Position numbers and translations under genes: made by a program. The notes below the pieces were generated by a model. That model had not been told where the DNA came from and did no database searches. It was given only the letters and a program-made list of their open reading frames with translations. This document shows, in pieces, positions 25,966-39,950 of a stretch of 64,000 nucleotides of DNA (position 1 is its first letter; each line of letters starts with the position of its first letter). The stretch is taken from positions 52,762,001 through 52,826,000 of the forward strand of contig NC_043008.1 of the NCBI RefSeq assembly GCF_006345805.1. Direction: 5' to 3'. The stretch is from Octopus sinensis (lineage: Eukaryota).

Positions 25966-28342
25966 ACTACCTTCCTTTAATAGTGACTTTGTGAATGAGA
26001 GAGAGAGTCTGTATTTATGTGGATTTACATGTGTGTGTGTGAGTGTATGTACGCATGAACATGTGTATTTTCATGAGTATGCATATCAAAATTTTCATGC
26101 ATTTATGTGTATGTTTATGTACGTCTTTAAATGTGTGCATATGTGTACATGTCTGTGTACTTTTATGCAAGTATGTGCATTTGTATTACTGTGCTTCTTT
26201 TTTGTATATCTTCATACAAATATATTTATGTATGTATATGTATAGCTTTAAGGGTACATCTTAGTGCACGTGCACTGGTGTGAGCATGTGCGTGTGTGTA
26301 TTTGAGTCTATGTGTGTGCATGTGTATACCTACAAGTGTATAGTTTGTTAGTAGAATACCTGCCTCATTATACCAGCATTAAACAGGAAATAGTCAGTTA
26401 TTGCCAATCAACTATTTGAGAACATACGGGTGCCAAACACAGTTACCTTTTTACAATATCATAGCACCAAAGATCAATAACTCATTGATTATACAATCTA
26501 TTCAGTTTCTTGAGATTATTGATTATCATTAAGTCATTAATAATTAATTATAAATTATTAATTGACTTCTACATGCTTTCAGCTCTAGTAAAATGGTAGG
26601 TGTGCTGGTAACATGAAGTCTCATTAATAAAGAGCAACTGTTTCTTTAAGGTCAAAACTAAATGGAGCAGAAATTCTTAATTTTCTACTCTTTATCACTA
26701 TTACCATTACCATCACCTGCTTGCTTCCCAACCACATGGTTTCAGGTTCAGTCCTACTACATGGAACTGAAGTGTTTTTTTACTATAGCCTTAGGTTGAC
26801 CAAAACCTTGTCAGTGGATTTGATTGATGGAAACTGAAAGAAGCCTGTTGCATATGCATTCATATGTATATTTGTATGTGTGTGTGTGTGTATGCTTGTC
26901 TCCTTGCTTGATATTTTGTGATTGTTGTAAACAAGTGTTACTCTCATACAAGCAGTGTCATTCACTTCCGACATTCTGCATTGACATGTCTAATCATAAA
27001 GGAATGTTGCCTTGCTTGGAAACAAGTGAGGGTTGATGACATGAAGGGCATTTTATTGAAAGGCAAGGTTGACCTTGAACTCCGAACATAAAACCAGAAG
27101 AAACGCTAAGTATTTTGTTCAGTGTACTAATAATCCTGCCAAACTTGCCACCGTGTTGCTTCAGATTTTGGCATAATGCTTGAAATGCAGGGAAAGGGTG
27201 AGCCAATTTCATCATTCCTAGTGCTCAATTGGTACTTATTTCATTGACACCAGAATTATCAGAATGCAAAGTTGATTTTAGCAGCATTTGGACATAGAAT
27301 GTAAAATTGGAAGAAATACCACTAAGCTTGTTGTATGGTGTGCTAATAATTCTACCTGTTCATTGCCCTAAATAATTATCCTTTCGAACTTTGACAAGGC
27401 CAGCAATTGTGGAAGTGTGATTACACTGAGATCAACAATCAACTGGTACATATTTTATCAACTGAGAAATATCGAAAAGCAGAGTTGACCTCAGTAGAAT
27501 TTGAGCTCAGAATGTACAGCATTTTTGTCCAGTATACTAGCAATTCTTCCAGCTCACTATCTTAATAATAATAATAATAATAATAATAATGATAATAATA
27601 ATAATAGTAATAACAATAATGATAATAACATACCCCTTTAACATTATCAATTTACATTATTGTTACTATCAATCTTACTAATTAATTAGTAACAATTTGT
27701 TTTAAATCCTAATGCTAAATTAATTATTTTTTTTTATTTATAGAGAGGAACTGTTGAAATATTATCTAACTAGAAAGCAATACTCATGCACTCCCCCTTA
27801 CTGCACCAAGAAAGCTGAACGTGATCTAACTGGGTCGAAGTTGCAATACATTAGTTTTTCAGAAGCAGGTTCTTTCTAAAAAAAAATTAACCCACCATTC
27901 AGAGACAGAGAAAGACAGGGAGCAAGGAGAATGATAGAGGGAAGGGTGAGACATATATTTGCACTCAATAAGTCATTCATTTGTTTGCCTCTTAATGTTC
28001 ACATAGTAGAGCATCTAGCTGAGCTTTCTAACATCTGCACCAACTGGTTGAAAGCCATATTGTAATAGTAGTAATAGTAGCAGTAGTAACGGTTACAGTA
28101 GTAGTAGTAAGGAGGGTGTAGTCGACTGTTTCAATAGCCCAGCCTGTAGGACTTGACTGTGACTGGTACTTGGTACTTAGCTTTCTTGATCTTGAAAGTA
28201 TAAAAATGCATTGTCAATTTTGGCTGGAATTTGATCTCCAAATGTGAAAAGACAAGTAAATACAGCAAAGCACTTGGGCCACTGCCTTATCGATTGCGCC
28301 CCACTCTTACTACTACTACTACTAATGATAATAATAATAATA

Positions 28343-28625
28343 ATTAGAAAGTGGAATCTAAAAACAGAAACAATTCCTGTCATAGTAGGCGCATTAAGCA
28401 TGATAAAAAAATATTCAGACAAATACATAACAAAAACACCAGGACTTACAAACACATATAACATACAGAAAATTGCACTACTAGGCACTTCACACATCCT
28501 ACGCAGAACACTTTCAATACAGTAACCATCAGAGCATCACAACAAATCACAGCACATACCCAAGGCACACAGAGCTGTGCTCAGTAGTGAAGTGAAAGCA
28601 CATTATAAAAATAAAACTACTGAAT
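28343..28625 (+). mobile_element. 5'-truncated R4/Dong-like non-LTR retrotransposon 3' end
   Basis: Translates IPVIVGALSMIKK...IQKIALLGTSHILRRTL*, resembling the C-terminus of restriction-like-endonuclease retrotransposons; flanked by (TAA)n on both sides. Confidence 0.7.
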
Positions 28626-28626
28626 G

Positions 28627-28664
<38 letters not shown>

Positions 28665-28665
<1 letters not shown>

Positions 28666-29540
28666 GTTTCAAATTTTGGCACAAGCCAGCAATTTTAGAG
28701 GAAAGGGGAAGTTAATTACATCAATCCTAGGGCTCAACTAGTACTTATTTTTATCAACCCCGAATTGGATAAAAGGCAAAGTTGACCTCAACAGAATTTG
28801 AACTCAGAACAAAGATAGATAAAATGCCGCTAAGCATTTCGCCCGGTGTGCTGCTACCTTTGCCAGCTCGCAATATTAATGATAATAATTTTGACACAAG
28901 GCTAGCAATTTGAGGAGGAAAGGGTAAGATTATATCAACCCAAGTGCTCAACTGGTGGTACTTATTTCATCAACCCCAAAAGGATGGGACAAAGTCAACC
29001 TTGACAGAATTTAAATTCAGAAGAAAAAGTAACAATTCCATCAAGCATTTTATCTGGCATGCTAATGATTTGGCCATCTCACCACCACCTTTTTAAAAAT
29101 GGTTTCAAATGTTAGCAAGAAGTCAGCAATTTTGAGGTGTTAGAGTTAGTCAATTGCATCAACACCCGTATTTGACTGGAACTAATTTTACTAATTCTGA
29201 AAGGATGAAAAGCAAGGTTGACTTCAGCAGGATTTGAACTCGAAATGTAAAGTACCAAAGATGAATGCTGCTGAGCATTTTGACCAATATCCCAACAATT
29301 CTGCCTATTTGCCATCTTAATAATAATAATCCTTTCTACTATAGGCACAAGGCATGAAATTTTTGTGCAAGGAGTAGTTGATTACATCAATCCCAGTACT
29401 CAACTGATACTCATTCTCACTGACCCCAAAAGATTAAAGAAAGTTGACCTCAGTGGAATTCAAATTCAGAACATAAAGACAGACAACATGCTGCCAAGCA
29501 TTTTATCTGGTGTGCTCATGATTCTGCCAGTACATCACCA
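28665..29540 (-). mobile_element. Head-to-tail array of about 4 degraded family-B-related SINEs
   Basis: Repeated ggcacaagg...caactggtactta...gaatttgaactcagaac...aagcattt units separated by AAT-rich spacers. Confidence 0.75.
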
Positions 29541-29785
29541 AAATAATATTTCATTAAGTATATATGGGAGTTGAAATGCATTATTTTATTCATTTTAAGT
29601 GGTATATTTGGTGGTTTAGTGAAAAATGTTCATGATGTGAAAGGAGGAAAGAAAAATTCCTCTAAAAATAAAACAGCAGGATATGAACAGGGTTTGTCAT
29701 ACTGAAGGGGTTGTGCCTTTGGACTTCACAGTACTTGAGAGACCAGATACAGTAGATAAGGCAATACAATGTTCTTCAACAGCTA

Positions 29786-30300
29786 CCTTATTTTCCAGCA
29801 TACAAATCAAATTTTTCAGACAAAATGTTACAGTCAACAAAGGTAGGTTGACTTATACACCAAGACATTTTGGGGACCAACATTTCTTTTGAAATGCAGC
29901 AAACAATGGAAAGATAGTTATGGTGTAAACAGTGTAAACATTCAAACATCATCACTATGTCAACTTGTGGAGGCACATGGCCTAGTGGTTAGAGCAGCGG
30001 ACTCGCGGTCGAGGGATCACGGGTTTAAATCTCAGACCAGGCAACGATGTGTGTGTTTATGAGCAAAACACCTAAGCTCCACGTGGCTCCAGCAGAAAGT
30101 AATGGCGAACTTCTGCTGACTCTTTAGCCAGAACTTTCTCTCACTCTTTCCTCCCGCATCTTGCAGCTCCCCTGCGACAGACCGGCGTCCCATCCAGGTG
30201 GGGAACCTATATGCCAAGGAGACCAGGAAATCAGCCCTTATGAGCCAGGCATGGCTTGAGAAGGAACAAACTATGTCAACTTGTATGCTGGAAAATATGG
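29786..30300. mobile_element. Tc1/mariner (Tc2-like) MITE carrying a nested SINE
   Basis: TA | ccttattttccagcatacaa ... ttgtatgctggaaaatatgg | TA. Confidence 0.75.
29967..30269 (+). mobile_element. SINE family G nested in a Tc2-like MITE
   Basis: TSD actatgtcaactt (29954-29966 / 30270-30282). Confidence 0.9.
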
Positions 30301-31882
30301 TACAAGTTGATTGATGTCTATAAGAAAACATGATCAGGGGAAGAATTCTGGAGGAGTAACACTGGCGGATGAAGAACTGGACAAAGTGTGTAGCACAGTT
30401 CTATGAAAATGGAAACAATATAGAGGAGAGATACTGCATCAGATTGGTCGGAGTTGGAGGTGAGAAAACCAGCCAACTCAGAGAGAAGAGGTCTCTGTAG
30501 TAGCAGTCGAAGCGGTGGAGAGAGTAAACAGCATGAAATTAAATACTACAAAGTATTATGTCTGGCACTTTACCAACTCTGCCATTCCATTGGATAGAAT
30601 TTAAATGAAGTAAAAACCTTTTTGCTATAATTATAATTCATTACTGCACCAAAGCCAACAACAAAAAGTAATTGTTTGTTCTTTAAAAGAATGAATGTTC
30701 TAAATTTTAGAGAAGTGATTTGGGAAGACAGACAGACAGACAGAGTGTTGTATTTCCCAAGGAGATTAGTGATGCAGTTAAAGTGAAATGATATCCAGTT
30801 AGGAAATGCTAAACACTGCACTGAGTTAGTTATTAAAAGGAAAGAAAAAAATCAAAAAGCTGCAATGGGACTTTTGGATAATAATAATAACAATTCTTTC
30901 TGCTATGAACTTGAAATTTTGGGAAAGTGGGGGGGGGGTAGTTGATTACATTAACCCCAGAACACAACTGCTATTGATTTTATCGACCGAAAAGGTCAAA
31001 AGGTAACATCGACCTTGGTAGTATTTGAACTCAAAACAAAGAGCCAGAAGAAATGCTGCTAAGTATTTTGTTCCAATATGTAAACAATTGTCAGCTCACA
31101 GTGATGATGATGATAATAATGATAATAATGGTAATAATGGTTTCAAATTTTGGCACAAGGCCAGCAGTTTTGGGATAGAGGCCAAGTTGATTATACTAAA
31201 CCCAGAACTCAACTGGTACTTGTTCTATCAGCCACAAAAGGATGAAAGTCAAAATTGACTTCCGCTGAGGGCTTTCATCCTTTCAGGGTCAATAAAATAA
31301 GTACCATTTGAACGCTGGGGTCAATGTAATTGACTTACCCCTCCTACAAAAATTACTGGCTTCAAATAATAATAATAATTTGAATAATAATTTGAGCCAA
31401 AATTTGAATAATAAAAACAAGAAAACAACACTGGCAAATTTTGGCACAAGGCCGGCAGTTTTAGAGGAGAGGTAAGCGTTGATTACCTCAACCCCAGTGC
31501 TCTACTGGTACTTATTTTATCGACCCTGAAAGGATGAAAGTCAAAGTCAACCTCAGTGAAATTTGAACTCAGAATGAAAAGATGGACAAAATGCTGCAAA
31601 GCATCTTGTCCAGCATACAAACAATTCTGCCAGGTCACTGTCTTAACAATGATGATGATGATGATAATAATAATAATGATGATGATGAAGGTGGTGTAGA
31701 TGATAAGGATAATATATGAAGCTTGTGAGCACTGCAGCATTTCAGACACACAAACAAAGTTCACACAGGATAACTAAATGAATCAATGATAAGATCTGCC
31801 GATAGACCTATGGCTAAGGTTGGAGTTGTTAATTAGTTGTGGATTCATATTCTCTTTGTAGAAATTTTGAGATGGAGAGAGA

Positions 31883-31914
<32 letters not shown>

Positions 31915-31924
31915 GGGGTGTGTA

Positions 31925-32310
31925 GGCGTAGGCATGGTAAGAAGCTTGCTTCCGAACGACATGGTTCTGGGTTCCGTTCCACTGTGCAACGTCTTGAGTG
32001 TCATACTACAGACTCAGGCCAACCAAAGCCTTGAGAATGGATTTGGTAGACAGAAACTGAAAGAAGCTTGTCGTGTATATATACCTGTGTGTGTGTGTGA
32101 GAGAGAGAGAGAGACAGTTTGTCTCTCACCACTCCCTGACAACCGGCATTGGTGTGTTAATGTCACCATAACTTAACAGTTCAGCAAAAAGACACCAAGA
32201 GAATAAGAAACAGGATTTAAAAAAAGAAAGTATTGGGGTCAATTCAATCAACTAAAAATTCTTCAAGGCAGTGCCCCAGCATGGCTGCAGTCTAATGACT
32301 GGGGGAAAAA
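31925..32310 (+). mobile_element. SINE family A, older copy
   Basis: ggcatggtaagaagcttgct head to gtgccccagcatggctgcagtc end. Confidence 0.75.
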
Positions 32311-33314
32311 AAAGCTATACATACATACATACACAGACACACCCACGCAGAGAAAAATCTTTAGATGTAAAGAAACTAAAGATGTATGTATGTGTGTGTA
32401 TGTATGTATGTGCATGTGTGTGAGTGCATATGTGTGTGTGTGTGCATATGTGTGTGTGTGCATATGTGTGTGTGTGTGTGCATATGTGTGTGTATGTGTG
32501 TTAATATATAACTGTACACAAACATAACACATATGTTATCTATATGTACACATAACTAACACACTAAGCATATCCCAAATATGTGTGTATGTATGTATGT
32601 GTAAACACACACACACACACACACACACACATATGTATATATACAAACACTGTATGTATGTGTGTGTGTGTTTATGCAAATGCAAAAATTTGTCCAAGAC
32701 TGAAGACTAATTGTGTGGGCTGCAGCAAAACTAATGCAGTGTTATGATACATTAGCACAGTAGGAGCAGCACTATCACCATCATCATCAGCAGCAGTAAC
32801 AGCAGCAGCAGCAGCAGTAGCAGCAGCAGCAAACAGCAGCATAAGTAGAAGCAACAGACAGTGTCAAGCCAATATGGCAGCAATGCGCCAACCTATATTT
32901 GGCTGGTATCCAACCTTCACTGCTACTGCATAACTATTATAAATATTGCTACTGTGGCACTTTCTCTGGGACACAAGCATTAAAAAAAAAAAGCATAAAA
33001 CTCAGATACAGAAAACTCTGACACATACACACACATGTTTGTTTACTGTGTATCACACACTCTCTCTCCTACTCTATCATTCATTATCTTTAACTCTTTA
33101 CATTTTCTGCCACAACCAGTGCCACCAGACTGTCTTAAAATAGATAAGTATCTCCTCCCTTAACTAACACACATACATACATATATATACAAACAAACAT
33201 ACATATATGTATATCATATATACATACACACCTAGCCATGTGTTCATGCGAATGCTACCAATGTGATTATCACGTGTACGTTTGTGCAGTTTCAATGTAA
33301 TTATATTTTTGTAT

Positions 33315-33605
33315 GTGGGGACACATGGCCTAGTGGTTAAGGTGTTACGTTCACAACTGCAAGATCATAAGTTCAATTCTTGGACTGGGCAATGCATTGT
33401 GTACTTTAACTGAACGCTTCGTTTCATGTTGCTCCACAATCACTTTGACACCTGACATATGCCACATCATGCACCTGTACAGGTAATGTTGATTTGATGG
33501 AGAAGGTGATATAATGTACAGCACAAATATTTGATCACTATAAACAAATCATTTCTGCAGGTTGTTCAGCAAGAAATTGCAAAACTTGAATCTAGGACAG
33601 GAGAG
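33315..33605 (+). mobile_element. SINE family D-related copy
   Basis: ggacacatggcctagtggttaagg...agttcaattc head. Confidence 0.65.
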
Positions 33606-33719
33606 CCCACAATATATAATTATAACGAACCTGTGTATTTATTGCATTATATTCCAAATAAATGAAAACGTCACTGTCACAATGTTTTTATTTTTAATTG
33701 CATTTCAACAGAAATAATT

Positions 33720-33946
33720 TCGTTTTTGGATTTGGTTTGCAAGATTCTTTATATGAGTTCGTGTGTTGAAGCATATTCTGTTGTGCCTGGGGAGAGCCAT
33801 TTTTTTCTTTTGTGCCTAATGTAACACACTCACCGGTAAAATTACCACTTATTTCTTATTTTTATTTTCTAAAATTTTCGTTGCGTCTTGCAACCTTTTC
33901 AATAGTCAAGACTAAGGCACAAAAAGAAAACGACTCCCACCACACA
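33720..33946. mobile_element. Fold-back element family P, copy with degenerate hammerhead-like motif
   Basis: 14-bp TSD caacagaaataatt (33706-33719 / 33947-33960); 33913-33946 is an inverted copy of about 33785-33820. Confidence 0.7.
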
Positions 33947-34289
33947 CAACAGAAATAATTCCATTAAGCTAAAACATCGATATACACACACCCCGATCGT
34001 CGTTCACTTCATCTTTCCTCTGAGTGTCATACATCTGTGCAATCATTGATGCTGTATCAGATAAAGCATAAAGGATCAAGTACAAAACTGAGCAGCAACA
34101 GAATGACTCATCAACCTCACACTATTACATAAAGTTTGTTACATGCTTTGATATGTTTTTTTCCATATATAGATATATGTACGTATATGTGTGTAATAAA
34201 TTGCACTTCATATTCAAGGCTCCAGTTAACCTATAAGGAGTTACTCAGGTACTCAACTATGAGCAGAAACAGCTTCAGCAAATGAAGTT

Positions 34290-34690
34290 CATAATCATCA
34301 TCATTTAAAGTCCGCTCTCCATGCTAGCATGGGTTGGACTATTCGACTGAGGTCTGGTGAACCAGATGGCTGCACCAGGCTCCAATCTGATCTGGCAGAG
34401 TTTCTACAGCTGGATGCCCTTCCTAACGCCAACCACTCTGAGAGTGTAGTGAGTCATTTTACATGCCACCAGCACAAGGGCCAGTCAGGCGGTACTGGCA
34501 ACGGCCACACTCAAATGGTGTTTTTTACATGCCACCTGCACAGAAGCCAGTCCAGCAGCACTGGCAACAACCTCGCTCAAACGTTTTTTCACGTGCCACC
34601 GGCACAAGTGCCAGTAAGGCGATGCTGGTAACGATCAAGCTCAAATGGTGCTTTTTACATGCGACCGGCACGGAAGCCAGTTTGCTGCTC
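34290..34690 (-). mobile_element. RTE 3'-end fragment
   Basis: Same UTR core (ctggatgcccttcctaacgccaaccac) plus gtgccacc repeats. Confidence 0.85.
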
Positions 34691-35861
34691 CGAGAGTTAC
34701 GACACCTCCTTACGAGAGACAAACTGGTCTGAGTAAAGTATAAATAGTAACAATCCAAGTGGGGTTCAGAGTTTGGAGCTCAGTGAAGTTTGTGTTAGTT
34801 TGCAGTGAAGTCAGGTGTCAGATGGTTAATTCACAAGGAATATTGATTGTTGGTTCATAAAGAGATTTGTTAATTCATTACCTTGTTGTTACTGTTGTCT
34901 GTTTATCTTATTTATTGTACGTAACAAATTTCGTAACAACATCTGGTGACGAGGGTTTTAAAGCTCACATGGGTTACTTAACAATGTGTTCATGATACAA
35001 CTTGTTAAATAATGGAAGACCGATTAGCTTCCATAGTACAGTTGCAAATACAACAACAGGAGTTGCAAAAGCAACTATTACAGCAACAACTACAGCAACA
35101 ACAGTTATTGGAGGTGTATTCAAAGAAGTCCAAAAATGAGGTACTATGGACAGAGATTTCAATGATGTGTTTGTATATTTTTAGAACAACGTTTTTGGTA
35201 AGAGGTTAGATCTGGTCAGTTTCAACATGAAACAGGTAGAATGTTTGAACCAGATATGGTCAGTTTAAATACTAAAGGGATTCATATATTATTAACCATG
35301 TATCCCCTCAATAGCAAGACCAATGTTCTTGTCTTTATCATATCCCAACACCTGGCATAAAGCAACCTTCCCTTCTTTGATAACCCCCCCCCCCACACAC
35401 ACAGTTACTGGGGCTCGTCTCTATCCTGTTCTTTTCTGTTTTGCAATTTGATGATGTCATAGGTACCAGTGGCACCAATACAAACAAAAAATTTCCACAG
35501 TACATACTGTAAAGTGGTTGGCATTAGGTAGGACATCCAGCTACAACTAACATGTTGCAACTGACAATGGAACTCAGCACAGCCTTGTAGCTTGCTGAAT
35601 CATGTAAAACTATCCAACCCATACAAGCATTGTAAAACGAATGTTAAATGACGATGATGAAGATGATGATATATGTTTAAGAACGAAAGATAAAGTAATC
35701 ACTATATAGAGCAGAGTATAATTATATTTATTTAGTTGGTGCCTTCAATCAGATGGCCATGCTAGATTTCAGTGAACTATCAATTTGTACAATCCCCTGA
35801 TTGATTAAGGCTTCAGGTAAACAGCATAAGGCATAATTCATACACACACACACACCTATAT

Positions 35862-36004
35862 CATCATCCTCATCATCATCCTCATTTAACGTCCGCTTTC
35901 CATGCTAGCATGGGTTGGACGGTTCAACTGGAGTCTGGGGAGCCCGAAGGCTGCACCAGGCCAGTCAGATCTGGCAGTGTTTCTACAGCTGGATGCCCTT
36001 CCTA
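35862..36004 (-). mobile_element. Short RTE 3'-end fragment
   Basis: (cat)n tail and terminal UTR, truncated at gcccttccta. Confidence 0.8.
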
Positions 36005-37689
36005 TGTATATTAATTGATGTCATAAGAATTATTAACTTTTGATGGGAATGTGGAATAGTGGGTATTCAAGTGCATAAAGCACATAAATATTGAGTTGAA
36101 ACCCTGCCCTTTTATATAGAAAAAGTTAAAGGCTGCCCACAGACTCAAATTCACATTTCTTGTAGATATGACAGGAATTCTACCATTGAACCAAAGCAAT
36201 CCTTTGGATTTCCTTATCCATTTTAGAAGCTTTATTCTTACTATCAAAAATTGTATGTTCTTGACATAAGAATTTTATAAACTTTACATAAACCTTTATA
36301 TATATACACACACACAGGGTCAAAGGTTAAATTGAAAGATCAATACTTTTAAGTAGAGCACAATATTTTCGTTTTTTTTACAACAAAAAAGTTGACAATG
36401 ACTTTGAAGTTTTCTTAATTTCCATCTACCAAATTTCATTAATCATGCATTGGTTAGCTTGAGGTTATAATACACAGACACTTGCCCAGGGGGCCAGGTC
36501 ATGAGATAAAATGAAACCCAAAACTACATGGTTGCAAAGCAAACTTCTCAACCACACAGCCATCTGTATGGTATATATTCCATAAACTCCAAAAGGGAAA
36601 AATACCAATTCTATCCTTGCATTGGCAGTTTCAAGGATTAGAACTCAAGACTCTCAGGCACCAATATCAGTACCACAGCAATATTTCCAATAATCTGTTT
36701 GAACTGCGCCAATTCTACATCTCTGCTACATAATACACTAATACTTGATCTGCATATTTCTCTTATTACATAATGCACCAACTCCATCACCACCTTCTTG
36801 TTATTAACTAAGCAGACTACTTTCTTACTATACACTACACTAGCTGAATCACAGCTAGCATATCACCAACCAAGCCATTAATCAATCAATAAATAAATAG
36901 ACAGTCATCTCATATGCGTGTGTTGAATCAAGTGTGTCAACATTTCCTTATGAATGAAACTTATGTAAAACTCAATGGGTGGTCATGTGACAGAGTGAAA
37001 GCTTTGTCTGTATGATGTGTCATGAGCAAAGACAGTCAGTCGGCTTGTCAGAAGCTGTACCCACTCTAAGTTATTAGCAATGGTCAGAAAACCCAGGAAT
37101 GAGTAAATGAAATGAAATGGTCTCAACTGAGAATCAAACTTGAATCCCAGCCTTGGCTTACAGGAAGCTTACAAATGCACTTTCTTATCAAAAAACTTAA
37201 ATCTATCAATGAGAGGCTAACCATGCTGTTATCAGAGAATATCACTTTAAGCAATATAAACTGATAATGATACTTCAACTTGGTCATTTGACTCGCTAGA
37301 AATAGTAATCAAATCTCCCTCAAAGGACATTGTACTGTCTTAACATCTACATATACAGAAAGGTAAAGCCTAGAATACCTTTAATCATGGGTCTGTTCAA
37401 CATGGGCTTATCTCTGATCAAAGGCATTCCAACATTGGCTACCCCAACTTTTTAAGGAGGGATGTCTAGAAATACATTCTTTAATGTGTCCTTTCCTTAT
37501 GGCTAATATTTCTAACAGGTTGATGAACTACAAATGACATGTATTTTATTGACAATCATATTAATTTTTTGTTTAGACCCAGGTCACATGGCATATGATT
37601 AAAGACTTTTAAAAGATTAAAGCCATTCTAGCCATGATAATCCAGTCTTTAGTCTGTCACAATCTAAAAACAATGCAACTAGACTGACA

Positions 37690-37965
37690 CAACAATGGGT
37701 GTTCCAGTTGCTCTGATGAGCAGAACAGCCTGCTCGTGAAATTAATGTGTACTCTTAATGTAGTTCTCAGGGAGATTCAGCACAACAGAATGTGATGAGG
37801 CTGGCCCTTTGAAAAAACAGGTACTATTCATTTACTCCAGATAAATAAACTGGAGCAACATGAAATCAAGTGTCTTGCTCAAAGACACAATATGTCACCA
37901 GGAATCGAACTCACAACCTTATGATTGTGAGCCAAATACCCTAATCATAAAGCCATGTGCCTTGA
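37690..37965 (-). mobile_element. SINE family D copy
   Basis: gtgtcttgctcaaagacacaa...ggaatcgaactcacaacc on the plus strand. Confidence 0.75.
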
Positions 37966-38041
37966 AGTTTAAATAACCATATATAACAGTAAAATTTGTG
38001 GTCCTTATTGCCAATCTGTGAAAAACTTCTCTCTGGCAGTT

Positions 38042-38457
38042 TCTTATTTTTTTATTGCCCAGAAGGGGCTAAACATAGAGGGGATAAACAAGGACAGACA
38101 AAGGGATTAAGTTGATTACATCGACCCCAGTTCTCTACTGGTACTTAATTTATTGACTCTGAAAGGATGAAAGGCAAAGTCAACCTCGGCAGAATCTGAA
38201 CTCAGAATGTAATGGCAGACGAAATACCTATTTCTTTACTACCCACAAGGGGCTAAACTCAGAGAGGACAAACAAGGACAGACAAATGGATTAAGTCGAT
38301 TATATCGACCCCCAGTGTGTAACTGGTACTTATCTAATCGACCCCGAGAGGATGAAAGGCAAAGTCAACCTCGGCGGAATTTGAACTCGGAACATAACGG
38401 CAGACGAAATACCGCTAAGCATTTCGCCCTGCTTGCTAACGTTTCTACCAGCTCGCC
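38042..38457 (-). mobile_element. SINE family B partial dimer (head-body-tail-body-tail)
   Basis: One head at about 38457; the body is repeated from GGTATTTCGTCTGCC (junction about 38230). Confidence 0.85.
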
Positions 38458-39151
38458 GACTTTTACACAGTTTCTGTATTGCTTTAAGTGTTAAGAAATA
38501 GAACTACCTCATGGTACTTATTTTCCAATGAAAACAAATTAAATTTTAAAAGATACAATCTGAAGTTGAAGATTGAATGTAATAAGCATGAAGGCTTAAC
38601 CAAAGTGGCAATAATATCCTGCTCCCACCCGATCACAAAAAAAAAAATAATGCTAAAAGTTACAAGAACAAAAATTGAACAAAAGGCGTGTGGACACTTG
38701 TTTGCTTATTCTAAAATATTAGGGAGGCTGTGGTAAATCCATAATGGAGGTGACTCAAATATACATGGAAAAGGGGTGAGGAAGAAGAGAGAGAGAGAGA
38801 GAGAGACAGGGATGGATGTATGTGTGTGTATTATGAAGTGGGGAGATACAGAGGTAGAAATAGAGGGAGAAAGAAATATATAGAAGGATGGATTATATAT
38901 AAGTGTGTGAGAGGAAATGTGTGGGAAGAGAGGGAGGAAGAGGAGAGACTACCATGCTGTTTGACTGCATAAAACAGTGATTTCATTGCAAGTAGACATT
39001 GTCATCAAAAACTGCAAACAAGCAAGTAGACACACGTTTATATTTAAACATAGAAAATAGTAAGACACCAACCAGACAGTGTAAATCCATGTACAAGTGA
39101 GTCAAATAAAGGAGAAAAGGAGGCTGACGAAAGAGGGCTAAAATATAGAGG

Positions 39152-39182
<31 letters not shown>

Positions 39183-39543
39183 ATGAATGTCAGAGAGACC
39201 CTATGCAGCTCTACCAGACAAACCAGTGGTTAAAAAACAAAACTGATGTCATCAAGTACAAGAGCCATAGAGAGCAAGGTGTTATACAGATGCAACAATG
39301 GCACAGCTTTGTGTGTGTGTGACTTAGAAATAAGACCTGTTCAACAAGGTATAAAATCTACTTCTTGGAAGAAGGTGTAAAGAGGAGAGGCAGCAAGAAT
39401 AGTTGATAATAAAAGAATAAGAGACAATAGAACAAGCACCAAGAATTTTAAAAAATAAAAGCAAGATAAATGAGCAAAAGAATTGGCAAAACTGAAGGAA
39501 GACCAAAATCTAGAAATTTCCATATTCAAACTGTACTCTTTTA

Positions 39544-39740
39544 CTCTTTTACTTGTTTCAGTCATTTGACTGCGGCCATGCTGGAGCACCGCCTTTAATC
39601 GAGCAACTCGACCCCGGAACTTATTCTATTGTAAGCCCAGTACTTATTCTATCGGTCTCTTTTGCCGAACCGCTAAGTGACGGAGACACAAACACACCAG
39701 CATCGGTTGTCAAGCAATGCTATGGGGACAAATACAGACA

Positions 39741-39786
<46 letters not shown>

Positions 39787-39950
39787 TACGACGGGCTTCT
39801 TTCAATTTCCGTCTACCAAATCCACTCACAAGGCTTTGGTCGGCCTGAGGCTATAGTAGAAGACACTTGCCCAAGATGCCACGCAGTGGGACTGAACCCG
39901 GAACCATGTGGTTGGTAGACAGGCTACTTACCACACAGCCACTCCTGCAC
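39544..39950 (-). mobile_element. SINE family A, full length
   Basis: Close match to 57273-57684 and 10034-10746. Confidence 0.9.

Noticed and set aside
37712-37745. ctgatgag-cag...ctgctc-gtgaaa hammerhead-like string
   Set aside because: Extra tcgt between stem II and GAAA, no stems I/III, and it lies in the antisense of a SINE family D copy.
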